A stretch of 63,183 nucleotides of DNA, the filler included, from Hausera hauseri (Eukaryota), in assembly GCA_046269625.1 (NCBI GenBank). It is 11 parts of 11 records of this genome, joined end to end, with 100 filler letters (N's around TTAATTAATTAA, not from the genome) between each part and the next. Parts side by side here need not be neighbours in the genome. Positions count along the whole stretch, not along the records: positions 1 to 9,691 come from JBJURY010308831.1; positions 9,792 to 14,410 come from JBJURY010501797.1; 9 more parts are not named here. One strand, given 5' to 3'. The notes beneath the pieces were generated by a model. The model worked only from the letters and a program-made list of their open reading frames with translations, searched no databases and was not told where the DNA came from. The position numbers and the translations under genes were made by a program. Position 1 is the stretch's first letter. The number at the start of each line of letters is the position of its first letter. Shown here piece after piece: positions 1 through 12,800 of the stretch.

Positions 1-1470
1 ATACTACCTCGCTCGTTTTTCGTATTCATCTGGATACTTACCAATCTAAAAAATAAATAGTAAGGGTTAATCCTATGGCGAAATGTGGTTTTGAAACAAA
101 ACCAGTTCTTTGTTTGATGATAGAATAACCCGATCTGTAATTGTCAGGTTATTGTATCATAGACGTACCCTTGGGGTTTCAATACCCTTAATTCTCGTTC
201 TATGATTTTAGGACGTTTATTGTGACAATTTTTGGTGACTAATCAAAAAGTCGCAAAACATATTATAAGCACGAATGTTGACAGGCTTGCGATTATTATA
301 ATGGGCAAAGTAGTAGTTGTATCATGTCTCATGTCTTTGCTTGCATGTGTCGCTACTTGTATTTCCTTAAAGGTTTGTACTGTGAAGGTTTGACTCCGTA
401 GGTCTTTTGCATGTATATTTATTATGTATTCTGTCTTTGGTACTAATGAGTTGCATTCGGTGTGTTATGTGTCTTTCAGTAAGGTTGTTTTTATGCTTTT
501 ATACATCGTACGACAATTTATTTCGATGTCATAGTTGAGATTTTCTTCCACCGAAAATAATGTTTTACGTTGCTGTATCCAGCATTTCACAGGAATTCTA
601 AGTAACTTCCTTTTGTTCATCTTCTTTGTGGTAGTAAGCCTAACAGTGGTGCTTACTGGAACGGTCCGTCCCGTCTTCGTCGTTTCGACCGCAAATTTCC
701 AGATTTTACTGTTCGGATGATATCTTCCTAAATAAGTGCTAGACTTATTCATTCGAATTCCGTGTAGGTCAAAATGAATCCTATGTTCATAGCCTTCTGA
801 GATTTTACAACAGATCTTAAGATCTCTGTTCTTGATGCCACGATAATTGGGAATTGGGCTTAACTCCTTTATTTTGGTAAACTGGATTGAGATCTCTTGG
901 TTACTTGGCAATCTCCTTTTTGTATCTATTTGGATATATGTGTTTTTCTTATCTTCTGAAATACCAACTATGTTTTCATTCAACACCCATTTAATTGGAT
1001 CGGTTGAATGTACTATGTTGCTGAGTTCTGTTGCATTGACCCGTTCTCTGGCGGGCATTACTAATTTTACTTGCTGCCTTATCGCTCCTTGTGTGCGTTC
1101 GTATTGTGAAGATATAAGTATTCCCATAATTTATGACACAACATCCTTCTGGAGTTCCGTAAGGAAGATCGCAATGGCTCATCACTTGTTTATTCGCGTT
1201 CCATAGAACTACTTGGTATTTCACTGATTTTCTAACGGTTCCGTCCATCTTAAGTAGCACATAGTCTCGTATTGATCTAGACTTTGGAATGTGAAGCGAT
1301 CTGAGGTGCTCAAGTCGTTTCTTTTTATTCGTATCCATTCATCTTTCATCTATTCGTTTAGTTGTTCAATCAATCCTCCTTGATCCTTGGTTTTTGGCGT
1401 ATATGAAGCTATCAGTGATAGTGCTAAGACTATCTGTATGTATGATGTAGGTCAGGTAAATATAGACGAG
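1..1470 (-). pseudogene. Post-integrase type I membrane protein module (signal peptide, Cys-containing ectodomain, FN3-like domain, TM)
   Basis: Signal-like SYIQIVLALSLIASYTP near 1400-1450, ORFs 991-1338 and 465-1127, ECNSLVPKTEYIINI near 415-460, TM LPIIIIASLSTFVLIICFATF near 245-310. Homologous to 18855-20130 and 57420-58700. Confidence 0.65.
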
Positions 1471-1499
1471 GTCTTGACTTTCCTACAATTCGGTTTCTG

Positions 1500-4400
1500 G
1501 TTCGTTTTTGTATCCATTAAACGTAATTGGTGTCATCTATCTTGTCTTATTTCCGTTTTCACCACTCGTTGTATTGATACGACCTCTTCTTTCCGTTTTT
1601 ATTAATATAAACTGTAGTGGGAGTTATCCTGATAACTTTGTAAGGTTCTTTTCCAGTACGCATTAGTTTCAACGATGTGCCCTTCTTAGCTACGGGATAG
1701 TGCATATAAACCAAATCTCCGTTTCTTAAATCGTGCGGCTTTGCCTTCTTGTCGTATTGTCTTTTAAATCATTCTTGATATTCTAAGGATAGCGTCTTCG
1801 CTACCTCCCAACACTTTGTAGTCTAACTTGTAGAACGTCTGCAAAATTTGGTTCTAACTCTTCAATGTTGGTTTGATACGGAATCATTCCTAAGTCCGTC
1901 GGTAATGCTGCTTCTTGTCCATACATCATAAAAATAGTGTAAACCCTGTCGCATGGTGCGGTGTCGTACTGATGGCAAATTGGGTGCCTTCTAGGAATAA
2001 ATCCTAATTTATTTGGCCTTTTGCGACTACGGTTGATAATATTCGTCTCACAGTAGCATTCATGCGTTCAACCATTCCATTACATTGAGGGTGGTAAGCT
2101 GCCTTGGTCAACCTCTCAATTTCAAATATTTCGTGATTTTATCGAACAATTCACTGCCGAAATTTTTCCATCGATAGTATAATCAGTATCTGATCTGGAG
2201 GTCCATACATATAGATAATTTTTCTTACCACGGCTTTGGCCAACATCTCTTCCTTCTGATCATATAGTGGTACTAATTCTACGAAGTGAATTAAACGATC
2301 GACGCATGTTAGTATGTAGCTGTTATTTCTATGCGTCGTGGGTAATGGTCCTACGATCTCTATCGACATACCTTGCATTGGTATGTGTGGTACCGTTATT
2401 GGCTTCAATTCTGCTATGTAATTCTGCATTTTCTTCTGCTTAGTCGCGCATGCTTCGCAAGCGCTTACCCAATTTTTTACATCAAGATATATATATACTA
2501 GGCCAATAGTATTCGTTCAGTGCCCTATTTAATATCTTCTTCCAGGACATGTGTCCAACTAAATATGAATCGTCTTCGGCCATTAAAACTTCGGCTCGCA
2601 AAATTTTGGATATAAATATTAATTTCCTTCCTTTTCGTTCATAATACAGTACTTTTCATTATTCTTCTCATCGGAGACACAATATTTATGTCCATGTCGT
2701 TATAAATGTTTCTTTAACTGGTGTCTTTTTGGAATTACGTCTGCTTCAGCGCATTCAATGATTTGTTGGATAACCCGATCCTTCTTTTGTTCGCTTGACA
2801 TATTAATTGCTCCATCTAACGTTAAAGTTCGTTGTCGGTCTACTAACTCTTCGAGCTGATTTTTCTTCATTGTTGTAATAGCACTTTTCTTGTCTTCAAT
2901 CTTGACAATGCGTCGGCATCAACATGCTTCGAACAGGGATTATATTGGAACTAGATATTATGCCTCGATATGTTCTCAATCCATCTATTCAACCTACACG
3001 TAGGGTTATTTTCTCGTCCTTTTAAAGTTGTAACCGCTTTATGATCTGTAATTATTATTATCCTCTGTCCATATACATAGACATTGAAGTGCCTCAAGGC
3101 TTCTTTTACTGCTAACGTTTCTAATTCTATCACTGAATAGTTTTTCTCCGCTTTCTTTAGGCAGCGTCCTCCATAAGTGATTGGGCGTTCTAGTTCTTCG
3201 ACCTCGCGTTTCTGTGCCAATTCATATCCGATACTTTCTTTACTTGCGCCTGTTTTAATAATAAACGGTAAGCTAAAGTCAGGGTATCTCAGTACTGATT
3301 CGCTAGTTAGTATATTTTTCTTTTCGTCGTACGCCTTTTGTTCAACATCGGGCCATCGCCATTTTGTTCCTTTTTTAATAATCTATATAATGGCGCATTG
3401 ATTCTTGAGTTAATCGGTACGTAAGTAACATAATATCCACACAGGTCTAAGCAATGTCTCAGTTCTTTTTGGTTCTGGGGTTCCATGCAGTCTGAAATTT
3501 TGTTCAACAACGATTTGTCTGGATTCGATCCGCCCTCTCCAACTCTATGGCGAAGGTAGGATACGGCGTTCTGAGCCCATTTGCATTTCTTCGGATTCAA
3601 TTTCAATCCAGCCTGTTCTAATCTCATAAGTGTGTTTTCACTGTCCTTCAGATGCTCCTTTTCGTCTTTTGATGCAATAATTACGTCATCTACGTACAAA
3701 AACGCATGTTCGAGTCCCATTAGCATTTTATTTATCACCCTGATAAAAGTGACTGGTTCAGTGGTAATTCCAAATGACATAACGTTAAATTCGCACACTC
3801 CATCATGAGTTTTAAAAGCTGTTTTATAACGTTCTTCGTCTTCGACCTCTACCTGCCAATATCCGGATTGTAAGTCCAGAGTGGTAAACCATTTTGCTCA
3901 TGAGAGTCTGTCTAGAACCTTTTTCACAAATGGTAGGGGAAAAGAATCCTTCATCATGAGAGTATTTAATGCTCTATAATCGATACAAAATCGATGTTCC
4001 ATGGTACTTTCTTTTTGACCATAAGAATAGGTGAATACCAAGATCTGAAACTCGGCCTGATTATATCGGCCTTCAGCATTCCTTCTACTTTCTTGGTTAT
4101 CTCAGTTCTTAGTGAATGAGGTGGTGGGTACCGTTTTGGCATTTTCTGCTCTTCGAGGCCAATTTCGTCATTGGAACCAGGCTTTTTCTTAAGTGGTATA
4201 GTCAACTTTAACGCTTTAGATCGGTCAATGTCTTCTTCGTCCTTCGCGATAATTGATTTATACCGACATAATAAAATGGACAATAGATTTCTGGTGAAAA
4301 TTTAGTATCGACGTGTGGTAAAAATTTCTCTTCAACCGTTATTGTTGATACTCTGTAAGTATGCCCCAAAGTAGTGTTGGCGTATAATTTCACTGGAGTT

Positions 4401-5250
4401 TCAGTGTTATTCACCATTCTGACCGGTACTCGACCAGACGCTACTCGGGTTAATATATTGCTCAACAATATATTCGGATTTAGCCTTTCTTTCGGTTCAA
4501 AGTATAATGGTAAGTCGTCGTCTTGGCAGATTTGTGCGAATATTAACAATTCCATTCTAGGCGGAATGTTTTCGTCGACCGGAATCTATATCTCTCCGGC
4601 TCTCTTTCTTTATTAATCTTGGTTTTTTTTATCGGTCCGAGTTCGATTAATTTCGAGGCGTTTAAATCTACTGCAGCCTTCGGCAGACGTCTTAATATAT
4701 CACAGCCTAGCAGAACGTCGTCCGTTAAGTGTTCCATTATAGAAAATTTGTGCTAAAGTGTTTGTCCCATTATTTTAAGATTAAGGTTCCACTTAAATTT
4801 CGGTCTTGATTCCTGTCCGAAAGCTCCTATACTTCCGAGGTCGGTTGCTAGTGGTAATCGCAGTTGTCGTCGTAATTTTTTTGGTATTGATCCGTCCTTA
4901 AATAAACGATTTTTGTGATCCGGTATCTACTAGTGCGTATACTTCCCAGTCGTCAATACTAATTTTGGAGGAAGTCTACTTTCTTTTATCTTAGGTTGTC
5001 TAACGATGGATATCTTGTATCCATTTATACTAATTTCATGTACTTTATTCTCGGCTACTTGTCGTAATTCCTCAATGGGATATAATCCATTATTTTCGTC
5101 GTTTTCGTTATCTCTTTCCGGTGTATTGATTAGCGGTTCTCGGTTGTTTGGGTTATATAAAGATTGCATTTGTGGATTATCCCAAATTGATGATTTAGTT
5201 TCTATATTCCGTGTGATCCTTGAGGAGTATATCACTTTGTGGTCATCCAC
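1500..5250 (-). pseudogene. pol: Ty3/Gypsy pol (PR-RT-RNaseH-IN), disrupted
   Basis: Protease DTG near 4920, RT 3307-4100, RNase H 2900-3300, integrase zinc finger and core 1900-2600, C-terminal GPY-like region near 1640. Confidence 0.93.
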
Positions 5251-5325
5251 CGATTGGCGGCATTATTCAGATTTTTCCTTAATTCGGTACATTTTCCGTA
5301 ACGCCCCGTATTGCTTCATCCCTTC

Positions 5326-7436
5326 TTAAGCATCTTCATAACTAAAAGGTTTTCGATAGATTTCCGAGATATAAGGGTTAATGAATCTCTTACCGCAGAC
5401 CTCATATTGTGGTGCCGATGGGGGCAACATGGGCAAGGGCAGCTTTTGTGCCTGGTGATTGCCTATCTTGGAGACCGCGTCTCCTCCCTTAGGTTCATCA
5501 TCATCTGAATCGTCCCTTCGAAATTTTATATTTCTTTGTCTTACGAAAAATATTGGTTTTCTCTTTCGTTTCCGATTATAGTAACCAACGTATTTCTCAA
5601 CGTCGCTTTTCCATTTGTTTTCTTTGGAAGCCTTCAAAAATTTTCCAAAAGGCATTAAAATCGCCCTTAAAATTTTACAGGAAAATCTGGTTAGGGTGAA
5701 TATTTCATAGCCATTTATAACGGATTGAATTATTGCCTTTATGAGTTGCACTAAAAAATAGATAGCCAAAAATCCAGATACAGATTGTCCGAAAATTAAA
5801 AATCTTCCCCAGATTTTATATAGTATCTCTGTAGTGACTCTTTGATAATGATTAACGCCAAGTAGGGATTCCAGTTTTGCTTGATAGCAAGTGTCGTCCA
5901 TTACCGTCGACATGGCTCTATTCAATTCGTGTGTAAGTTGTCGATGAAAGGCTAGAAATTGCCTGAAAGCCTCAATTTCCTTTGGTCTGTAAATCCCTTT
6001 ACTTGCGGTGTCAGCGAACGTATCATGCGTTATACCTTTTAGCAAATTTGTCACAGTTAATTTGTGTGGCTGTTATTCCTCCATTTGGTAAACTTACCCA
6101 GTCTGTTTCAGTTCTCTTAAACATAAGTTCCCTAAACCAGCTTTGCATTCCTTCAAAATCGTTCGTTGCGTTGAATTTTTCAGTAAGACTCTTGTAAGCG
6201 GCATAGCCAATCGAGGTATGCTTTGGTATAGGACCGGCAGCTCTTGTATACAACGTTTTTTGTCCACGTTTATAGATACGTCTCGTTTTTCGTATTTGTA
6301 GGTCAAAAGAAACTCCCCAGTAACTCTTCCGAAAATACCTTTCTTCATCGGAATTACGGGTGATGCTAGTTCTGGATTTGCGTAGATTAAGGTTATTTTG
6401 GTCCTCATAATTTCTAAATCCAATGTACAACCATTCGCGATCATTTTGTGATATAATTCCGTTAGTCCGACTTGTCCTTTATAATAAAGGTAATCATCTC
6501 TATTTTTGAAATAATCTTTTATTCTTACGTCTTGAGTTACCAAAGCAAAAGTAGTTATTGCAGGTTCTTCCAAGAAGAACGCTTCATAATTGGTGGCGTA
6601 CATTACTACATTACATCGAGAAAGCATATGCTTCTTAATAAACTTTAACCCGTGATCTTCGGAGATCAGTATTGTAGGTGTGGATTGTTCGGTCACGTCC
6701 TTCCTTGACCTGGCATTATTGTCAGTTGTGTCCACATATATTTTTCCCATGGTTTCATTAAAAAAATTTTTATTTTAATAATGTTGCAATTGTTCATAGG
6801 TGGTGGAGTCAAAATAACTATAGAATTTCGAAAGGTACAGGCACCATCTTGGATGTGGCACTTCTGGTTTTCGGTATAAGTTTTTGTAACACTATGGAAC
6901 ATCACCTTTTGGTTCCTCATTTCTGTCTCATAGAAATCGACCACTGCTATTCCTCCTCCTTTTCCTTTTCCCATATCATATTTACCCCCGCTCCAGTATC
7001 CTGTGTGCATATTTAGTTTCCAAACTGCTACTTTATATACACGAATTATCTTTCCTGGTTCGGCCTCTATCTACATCCCGTCCCATTTCAATCTTCCGGT
7101 TTCTTTGGCTTGTTTACACTGTTGTCGATCCGAATCCAAAGGAATTAGGCGAGTCGTTGGTTTTACGATCGATGAATGTCAGTGCATGTTCCCACAGTGA
7201 AAAATACTTCGTGATCGTCTAAACATGCACTCTATTCCGTCTATTGCGATTATTTCATGTTGCTGATATAGAAAATACTTTTTCTCAATGGTCACTAACT
7301 TGTGAGGTCTGGCGTCCTCACATAATTCCAGATCCATCAGGGAATATTTCTGACCTATTTTAAACTTATCACAGTCATATACCGTGATCGCACCAAGTTG
7401 CCTTATTAACATCATAAATGTTATTAGTTTGACCAT
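5326..7436 (-). pseudogene. Chuvirus-like glycoprotein (env-like), frameshifted
   Basis: Signal ...MMLIRQLGA/ITVYDC, SLMDLELC, IFHCGNMH and C-terminal WGRFLIFGQSVSGFLAIYFLVQLIKAIIQSVINGY match the recalled chuvirus glycoprotein pattern (GYDC..SLLDV..C, HCGMHSH, WGKFL.FG..SAG..GI). Confidence 0.82.
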
Positions 7437-7439
7437 CCA

Positions 7440-9691
7440 ATTTGATTTGCTATCTCGTACTGAGTTGGTATTAAATTTCTTACCACATCTTCAATTCTAG
7501 TGGCTGACCTGTTTTCATCGTCGTCAAATAGTTTGGACCAATTTATTTCTTTCGGTATTTTCCAAGCAGCTTTCATGATCAATCCAATAACTCTATTGAA
7601 TTCATTTTCCCGTAAGAGATTTGTTTTTATCGCTAATTACAATATCACTTTCCTCAATTCTTCCTTAGTATTCTCTAGCATAATTTTCTCACTTAAGACT
7701 CCATCGGGTAAGGTACTTTTATTCATTTTGAATCGAAATGTTCTCATCATTCTTGCAGCGTCATAAATTGCCTTTAGTTTTCATTTAATATGTCATTCCT
7801 TGGTCATGAAAAATTCACTATTTTTATGGGGTTTCTCAGCAACTCGTTTAATTCTTCACTATCTGAATTAATCGCTTGCATTGACAACTGTCTTAGTTCT
7901 CGGATTAGAGTCGCGTTATGGTCAACTTCATCTCTTACTTTTCTTGACCTCCAAAATGGTCGTTTCTGTTTCGGCACAGTGGGTATCGCTTCGCTAACCG
8001 GTACCAAATTCCTATCATATTGTTCCTTATCTCCTTCACTTTGTAGGAAGTCAAAATACATGACAGAGTCTAGAATCCCTATAACGCGTCCTACGCAATG
8101 TTCCTCTTTGGCTTTCATTATGGCTTCGAATTTGGTTTGTTCATCGGTGATTATAGCCACTATTTTATTTTATTCCTCTGGAATATTTCCAACATCTATT
8201 AGTAATTCGGGTTCATGTAGTATCCTGCCTCGGAAGTATAACCAATAATTTACTTTGTTCTTACCATTATTTTGCACTATCCACTGTTTGACTTCTCTAA
8301 GTGATGTTACTGTTGTACATTCAGTTTCAGTCTCTTCCATCCATTCCGCTGATATTTTTACCTTTGTTGTTATTTCGTGTTTAGCTCTCAAGAAATCGGC
8401 GTATTTCTTTATCAATAGTCTGGGTACTAAACTATGAACGGTATTTTCACTTCACAGCTTAGTTAATGTAGGAATCAATTGCCTTAGTTTGTTTTCTGTC
8501 ATATTTACATTAATTTGCTCTATTAATTCGTTCTGGGCCAGTGCGGGATCTAAGAGCATTTCCATATTGAATCGTCGATCCACTGGAAGGATATCCATTT
8601 GTTGAAGTTGGATGGATGTTTCTGGGTTTTGGTTTTACACATCGTCCAAATAAGCAACCCATACTGGATCGTCTGCAACGTCTGGAAATCCATAATCTAA
8701 TAATGCCGTGGACACGCTTCGTACATTTTCGCTGATCTCGCTTAATCTCGTCTGTATCTCCTTCATTAAATTGGTTCGAAACTTTACCCCGTTTCCGCAC
8801 GCGACTTGTATCGTTTTTAATGTCGGTCCTAATTCATCTGCAGGGAGCAGTACTTTTCTTTCGTAATCCGTTAAATCGGTAGTTACGTCCGCTAGCCATC
8901 TTTGTACAAATTCCCTTCTATTCTTTATTTCAGATCGCATGAACTTATATTTATTCCTATAAATCTCCCATTCTTCGTCTAATTCATTTAACTTCGTAGC
9001 TCTTTGCTTTGTGCGGATTCTCAGTTCTTCTCTATCTCTAACTTGAGTCGTCAATTGTCGTGCCTGGTCGTCATCTATCTCTGCCATTGTCTATAGCAAT
9101 GATATTAGTCCCTGCATTTCCTTTAGAGTTTTTGAATCTGGATCTATTTCTTCGATCAGTCTCTTTATGAATTTGGCCTCATCCGGTGTGACGTGGCAGT
9201 CTTTCATTATTTCTATCAGTTCAGCATGTCAATTCTGGTCGGTATCCGATGCCCACTCAAAACGACGATGTAGAAATTTTAATACTTCTTCTAACGCGAT
9301 CCGATGGTTTGGACAAATGTCCAGCGTTGTTAAATCACATATCGATATTTCATCTATGGGTCTTGTTGTCAAGTGTCGTACACCTTCTAGGCGAACACCT
9401 TTTAGTCTCATCGATAAGGAGGAGGTATTTTCCTGTTTCGCTAATAATTCCATTCCTTCGATCGTCGCATACAATTCTTCTTTGAGTTTTATTTCCTAAT
9501 TTTTGCTCATAAAGTTTAATGTCGATAATGCGTTAAATTCAACCCGAAGGTTTGTCTCTGTTTTAAAAGCATCTAGATGCGGAGTATTTCTTTTAACTAT
9601 TGTTTGTTTATTGGTTCACATTCTGAGTATTTTCTTAGACGATATTTCGTTAAATCTGCTACTCTATCTAGTAGTTCGATCCATTCTTTAA
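7440..9691 (-). pseudogene. Region X of the element polyprotein (unknown, helical, internal ubiquitin-like domain)
   Basis: ORF pieces 9229-9474, 8635-9087, 8170-8415 and 7804-8160 align with 11200-13100 and 14600-16100. Confidence 0.7.
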
Positions 9692-9791
9692 NNNNNNNNN
9701 NNNNNNNNNNNNNNNNNNNNNNNNNNNNNNNNNNNTTAATTAATTAANNNNNNNNNNNNNNNNNNNNNNNNNNNNNNNNNNNNNNNNNNNN
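9692..9791. other. Artificial contig-joining spacer (N44-TTAATTAATTAA-N44)
   Basis: Six-frame-stop linker. Identical spacers at 14411-14510, 18755-18854, 25216-25315, 31068-31167, 39231-39330, 44072-44171, 48270-48369, 53236-53335 and 59027-59126. Confidence 0.98.
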
Positions 9792-9817
9792 ACGCGATAG
9801 CACCAAAACGAAGTGAT

Positions 9818-12800
9818 ATGACACGGAAAAAGAGTGTTCCAACAGGTAATAAATCTGAAAAACCAGGCACCTCGACAGAAGTCGACTTAGACGCAGCGCC
9901 TGAGTTTACGGTTGAAAAAGTAGCTAAGTCTACTGATGACGATACAGCAGAAAAAGAATTCATGGAGCCATTAATACTTAAAATTAAAAAAAATAGAGGA
10001 CGTAGCCCTTCCTTAAAAACGAAGCGTAGAAGTCGCTCACACTGCAAAGTAACTAGAGAGAAAATTGAAGAAACAGAAAATTCAAACATCGTTGTAGAAG
10101 GCGACGTGGACTATAGTTTGAATGCACCAGAGATTGGTTCACTCACTCCTGTCGGGGTAGCGGAGTCTATAGAGTCAATCAATGAAATTAACGAGATTTG
10201 CCCACTTTCCATTAGTGAGGAAGAAGCGGAGAATACTGATAATTTCGATCCAAAGAAATGGAAAGTTCGACGTTCGTGGAAAAATGCCGATGAATTAAAG
10301 AAAATGAGAATTAGATGTAATGATCCTGAGATATCGCAGCAAGATTTAGAAAGGCTTAAACAGATTGTCGAACAGGTCGATATATCCGGAAAGGAACAAC
10401 AGTACGTTGAGAGGTTATGAAGAAGTTTGAAACTATGTATGAAGGAAAACTCGTCGAAGCGATCAACTTGAGACAACCTATAGAAGTGTCACTTGAGACC
10501 TTATTAAAATGGAATGGATGAAATTCGCGGTGCAATGATTAATCGGCTTAGGGAAATACCGGTTAGTAGTAGATGTAATGTCAATTTGGAAATATTGGGT
10601 ATAGACTCAGTGAATATTCCTCCCCTGATGGAGTGATAAAAATCGCATTTGCTGTATCCAAATAATATACAAACCTGGAGAATCGGATCAAAATAGAAAA
10701 TAAAAAGCGAGCACAGATTTATAGCTTGAAAAACCGGATTATGTCTCCAAACAACGAAGAAACCAAATACGCAGTAAAGGCTTGTATCGCAGAATTGGAT
10801 GAATATAAGGACGAGTTTAGTTATGCCGGCCGAATTATGAAATTCCTAAGAGGACCAGATGATGAGTTGAAAGATGCATATAAGATGTTAGATAAGGCTA
10901 TAATGGCAAAGCCAATAATCGCAAATCAATTGTCGGAATGGTCTGAATTACTAATGCGATTAAGCAAATTAGTGGAAAACCGAAAGAAAGAATTTCCAGA
11001 AAGCGAACCTTCCGTGAAGAAACAGTTAGAAGAAAGCGCACGTAATTTAGAGACAATGCTAGCAGAAATAGATATCCGAACGCGATTAGAAGCATTACGG
11101 CGACTCAAATTCATGAAAAAGAAACAAGAAGCAGCGATACTAGAAGAGATCTATAAAATAGTCGAAGAGACGAATTTTACAAAAAAGCGGAATATGACTT
11201 GCAATTTTTACCCTAGATTAAGAACGATCCGACTATAAGGAGTTCAACATTTAACAGATAAACCTATAGACCAGATTTCCGCTCAAGATATTGAAACCCT
11301 AGACATTTGTCCGGAACACCGAGCCGCTTTGACAGACGCAATAAAATTTTTGCACAAACCGCAAGAATGGATGGCCGAAACGGATCAGAATTTTCATACC
11401 GAGTTGACAAAGATAATAAATGATCAACATCTCAATTTGCAGGAACCTAAGTTCATAAAGAAATTGTTGGATGCAGTGGACCCCGACTCAAAGTCATAAA
11501 TGAAATGTATGGGTGGAAATTGACGACGAGAATATGAGGCAATTAATGCCAAAATTAGAGAAAGAAGAAACATGCATCAGAACAAAGCAAAGAGCAATAA
11601 GGCTTGATGAACTGGCGAAAGAATTCGAAATCTACAGAAACAAATATGCTTTTACGGAATCAGAAATCAAAAATAAGCGGAATTCGTACAAAGGTGATAA
11701 AGAGATGTGATTATCGAACTAACCGATTAACACCAAAAAAGACTCATCAATTCTAATGAATTAGGCAAATTATTAAAAATGATTCAATATGCTTGTGGAA
11801 AGGGAATAGGTTTCCGAACTACGCAGATAAAGGAAATGCAATCCAGGCTAAAAGAAATTCGAGAAAATATGCAAAGAACAAGTGTAGCCTTAGTAAGCGC
11901 TGGACTCCCAGATGTCGGAAATGAGCCGGAATGGAATGCATACTTCGATGCGATACTTTCCGAAAAACCCGTGACTCTAGTGCAACTAAATGAAATAGAA
12001 ACGTGTCCGCAGAACAGGAGATTCAATGTGGAGGTGCTTCTGGATTCAGCGCTAACTGAAAAAGATTTAATCGAACTAATTAATGTAAACATTACCGAAA
12101 GTAAATTAAGACAACTTATTTTGACATTAACTAAATTATCTAGTGAGAATGCGATTTATAGCACGGTGCCGAAACTTTTAATAAGGAAATACGCCATAAT
12201 CTTAAGGGCTAAACCTGAAGTAGCGATAAAGGTAATAATATCATAGTAGTGGATGGACGAAAAAGAATGTGAATTAACTACATACTCCTATGTGAGGGAC
12301 GTAAGAGAATAGTTATTAAATAATGGCGACCTAGAACAATTAATAGATGTCGGAATTATTCCCGACGAAACAAATCGATTAGTAACCATAATAGCTAACG
12401 AACAGACAAAAGAGGAAACCACGCGTAAGGCTAAGACAGAGCAATGCGTAGGGCAAATTATGGGAGTCCGAGACGCCACAATGTACTTCGATTATTTACA
12501 AACAAATGAAGATAAGGAACAATACGATATAAACTTAGTACCACTGAGCGAAGTAACGACAAAAGGCCCAAAGGCGAAACGTCCGGTTGGTAGGCCGAAA
12601 AAGACGCAAGAGGAAATTGAATATAATGGAGAACTAATTAAGGAACTAAGGCAGATATCGATTCCGACCCTCAGTACAAACAACGAGGAATTAAGCGAGT
12701 TAATGAAGACTTTAATACGATTTGCAACTTATTCGAGCCTTCGAGGTGATGTATTAGATGATAAAGAAAAGATAATTTTCGACGCAGCTAGAATGATGAG

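Larger units (their letters stand above)
1..9691 (-). mobile_element. Large envelope-bearing Ty3/Gypsy retroelement, decayed internal fragment (copy G1): X - glycoprotein - pol - post-integrase membrane module
   Basis: Minus-strand ORF fragments in order: region X, YDC/FHCG glycoprotein, protease (DWEVYALVDTGS), RT (YVDDVII), RNase H (NYSVIELETLAV), integrase (YHPQCNGMVER). Many stops and frameshifts; no LTR in the contig. Confidence 0.92.

Noticed and set aside
1500-5250. BEL/Pao (Anakin-type) identity for the glycoprotein-bearing element
   Set aside because: RT, RNase H and integrase motifs (SPILMVKKK, CIDYRALN, MPFG, YHPQCNG.VER) are Ty3/Gypsy type.
535-8437. Many short plus-strand ORFs opposite the retroelement
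   Set aside because: Shadow ORFs of the A-rich coding strand, with no motifs and no conservation independent of the sense frame.
9736-9747. Recurring TTAATTAATTAA palindrome as a biological repeat or CRISPR-like array
   Set aside because: Always flanked by 44 Ns on each side; it is an assembly linker.
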